From NCBI RefSeq assembly GCF_018977255.1, contig NW_024704743.1:60700001-60764000 (forward strand): 64,000 bases of DNA. The letters are read 5' to 3'. The notes beneath the pieces were generated by a model. The model ran no database searches. It was not told the origin of the DNA and saw only the letters and a program-made list of their open reading frames with translations. Positions 63,336 through 64,000 of this stretch are shown here, piece by piece. The stretch's first letter is position 1. Every line of letters starts with the position of its first letter. The position numbers and the translations under genes were made by a program. This DNA is from Callorhinchus milii (Eukaryota).

Positions 63336-64000
63336 AGAATCATAGAATTATACAACATAGAAGGAGGCCATTCGGCCCATTGTAACTGTGCCAGCTCTTT
63401 GAAAAGAGCTATCCAAATCAATCCCACTCCCCTGCTCTTTCTCCATAGCCCTGGAAACATATCTTCCCCAAATAATTATTTACTTCTCTCTTAAAAGTTG
63501 TCATTGAATCGGCTTCTAGCACCCTTTCAGGCAATGCATTCCAGATCCGAATAACTCGCTGTGTGAAAAAATTTCTCCTCACCTTCCCGCTGTTCCTTTT
63601 AGCAACTATTTTAAATCGGTGTCCTCGGGCTACTGACCCACCCGTGGAAATAGTTTCTCCTTGTTCATCCTATCGAATCCCCTCATAATTTTGAAAACTT
63701 CTATTAAGTCTCCTCTTATCCTTCTCTGCTCCAAGGAGAATAATTCTAGCTTCTCTAGCCTCTCCCTCATTCCTGGTACCATCCTGATAAATCTCTTTTG
63801 CACCCTTGACCCCTTCCTTAAGTGTGGTGCCCAGAACTGAACACAGTACTCTAGTTGAGACCTAACCAGTGATTTATAAAAGTTCATCATAACTTCCTGA
63901 CTTTTGTATTCTATGCCCCTATTTATAAAGCCTAATATCTCATATGCTTTTTTAACAGCTTTATCTACCTGTCCTGCCACCTTCACAGATTTACTTAAAT
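63335..64000 (-). mobile_element. CR1-clade LINE 3' fragment (runs off the window end)
   Basis: ORF 63630-63986 encodes YKSLVRSQLEYCVQFWAPHLRK...RGDLIEVFKIM. Confidence 0.92.

Overview
Vertebrate nuclear DNA, AT-rich and repeat-dense. The SINE, L2 and CR1 content suggests a cartilaginous fish, probably a chimaera (inference). Two spliced protein-coding genes lie on the minus strand. (1) A mitochondrial acyl-CoA dehydrogenase of the 'probable acyl-CoA dehydrogenase 6' / bacterial AtuD-like type. Seven coding exons (48256 down to 485) splice at GT-AG junctions with consistent phases into 344 uninterrupted codons; the 3' exons lie beyond the window start. (2) A 68-aa G-protein gamma subunit of the transducin-gamma (GNGT1/GNG11) clade at 57819-56053, ending in CaaX CVIT and missed by the ORF track. 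Non-coding highlights: a ~2.9-kb G-rich 25-bp minisatellite starts directly at the exon-1 splice donor and reads in the pre-mRNA as an AG-free array of branch-point/ACUAAC motifs. There is also a 205-bp near-perfect palindrome, a 622-bp solo LTR with a 4-bp TSD inside a SINE, a hAT-like MITE with nested inserts, a palindromic MITE family, a templated 141-bp insertion into an L2, and many tRNA-Ala-derived SINEs that share their tail with L2 LINEs. Most other ORFs in the track are spurious or are transposon fragments. Family names come from recalled sequence features, not database searches.
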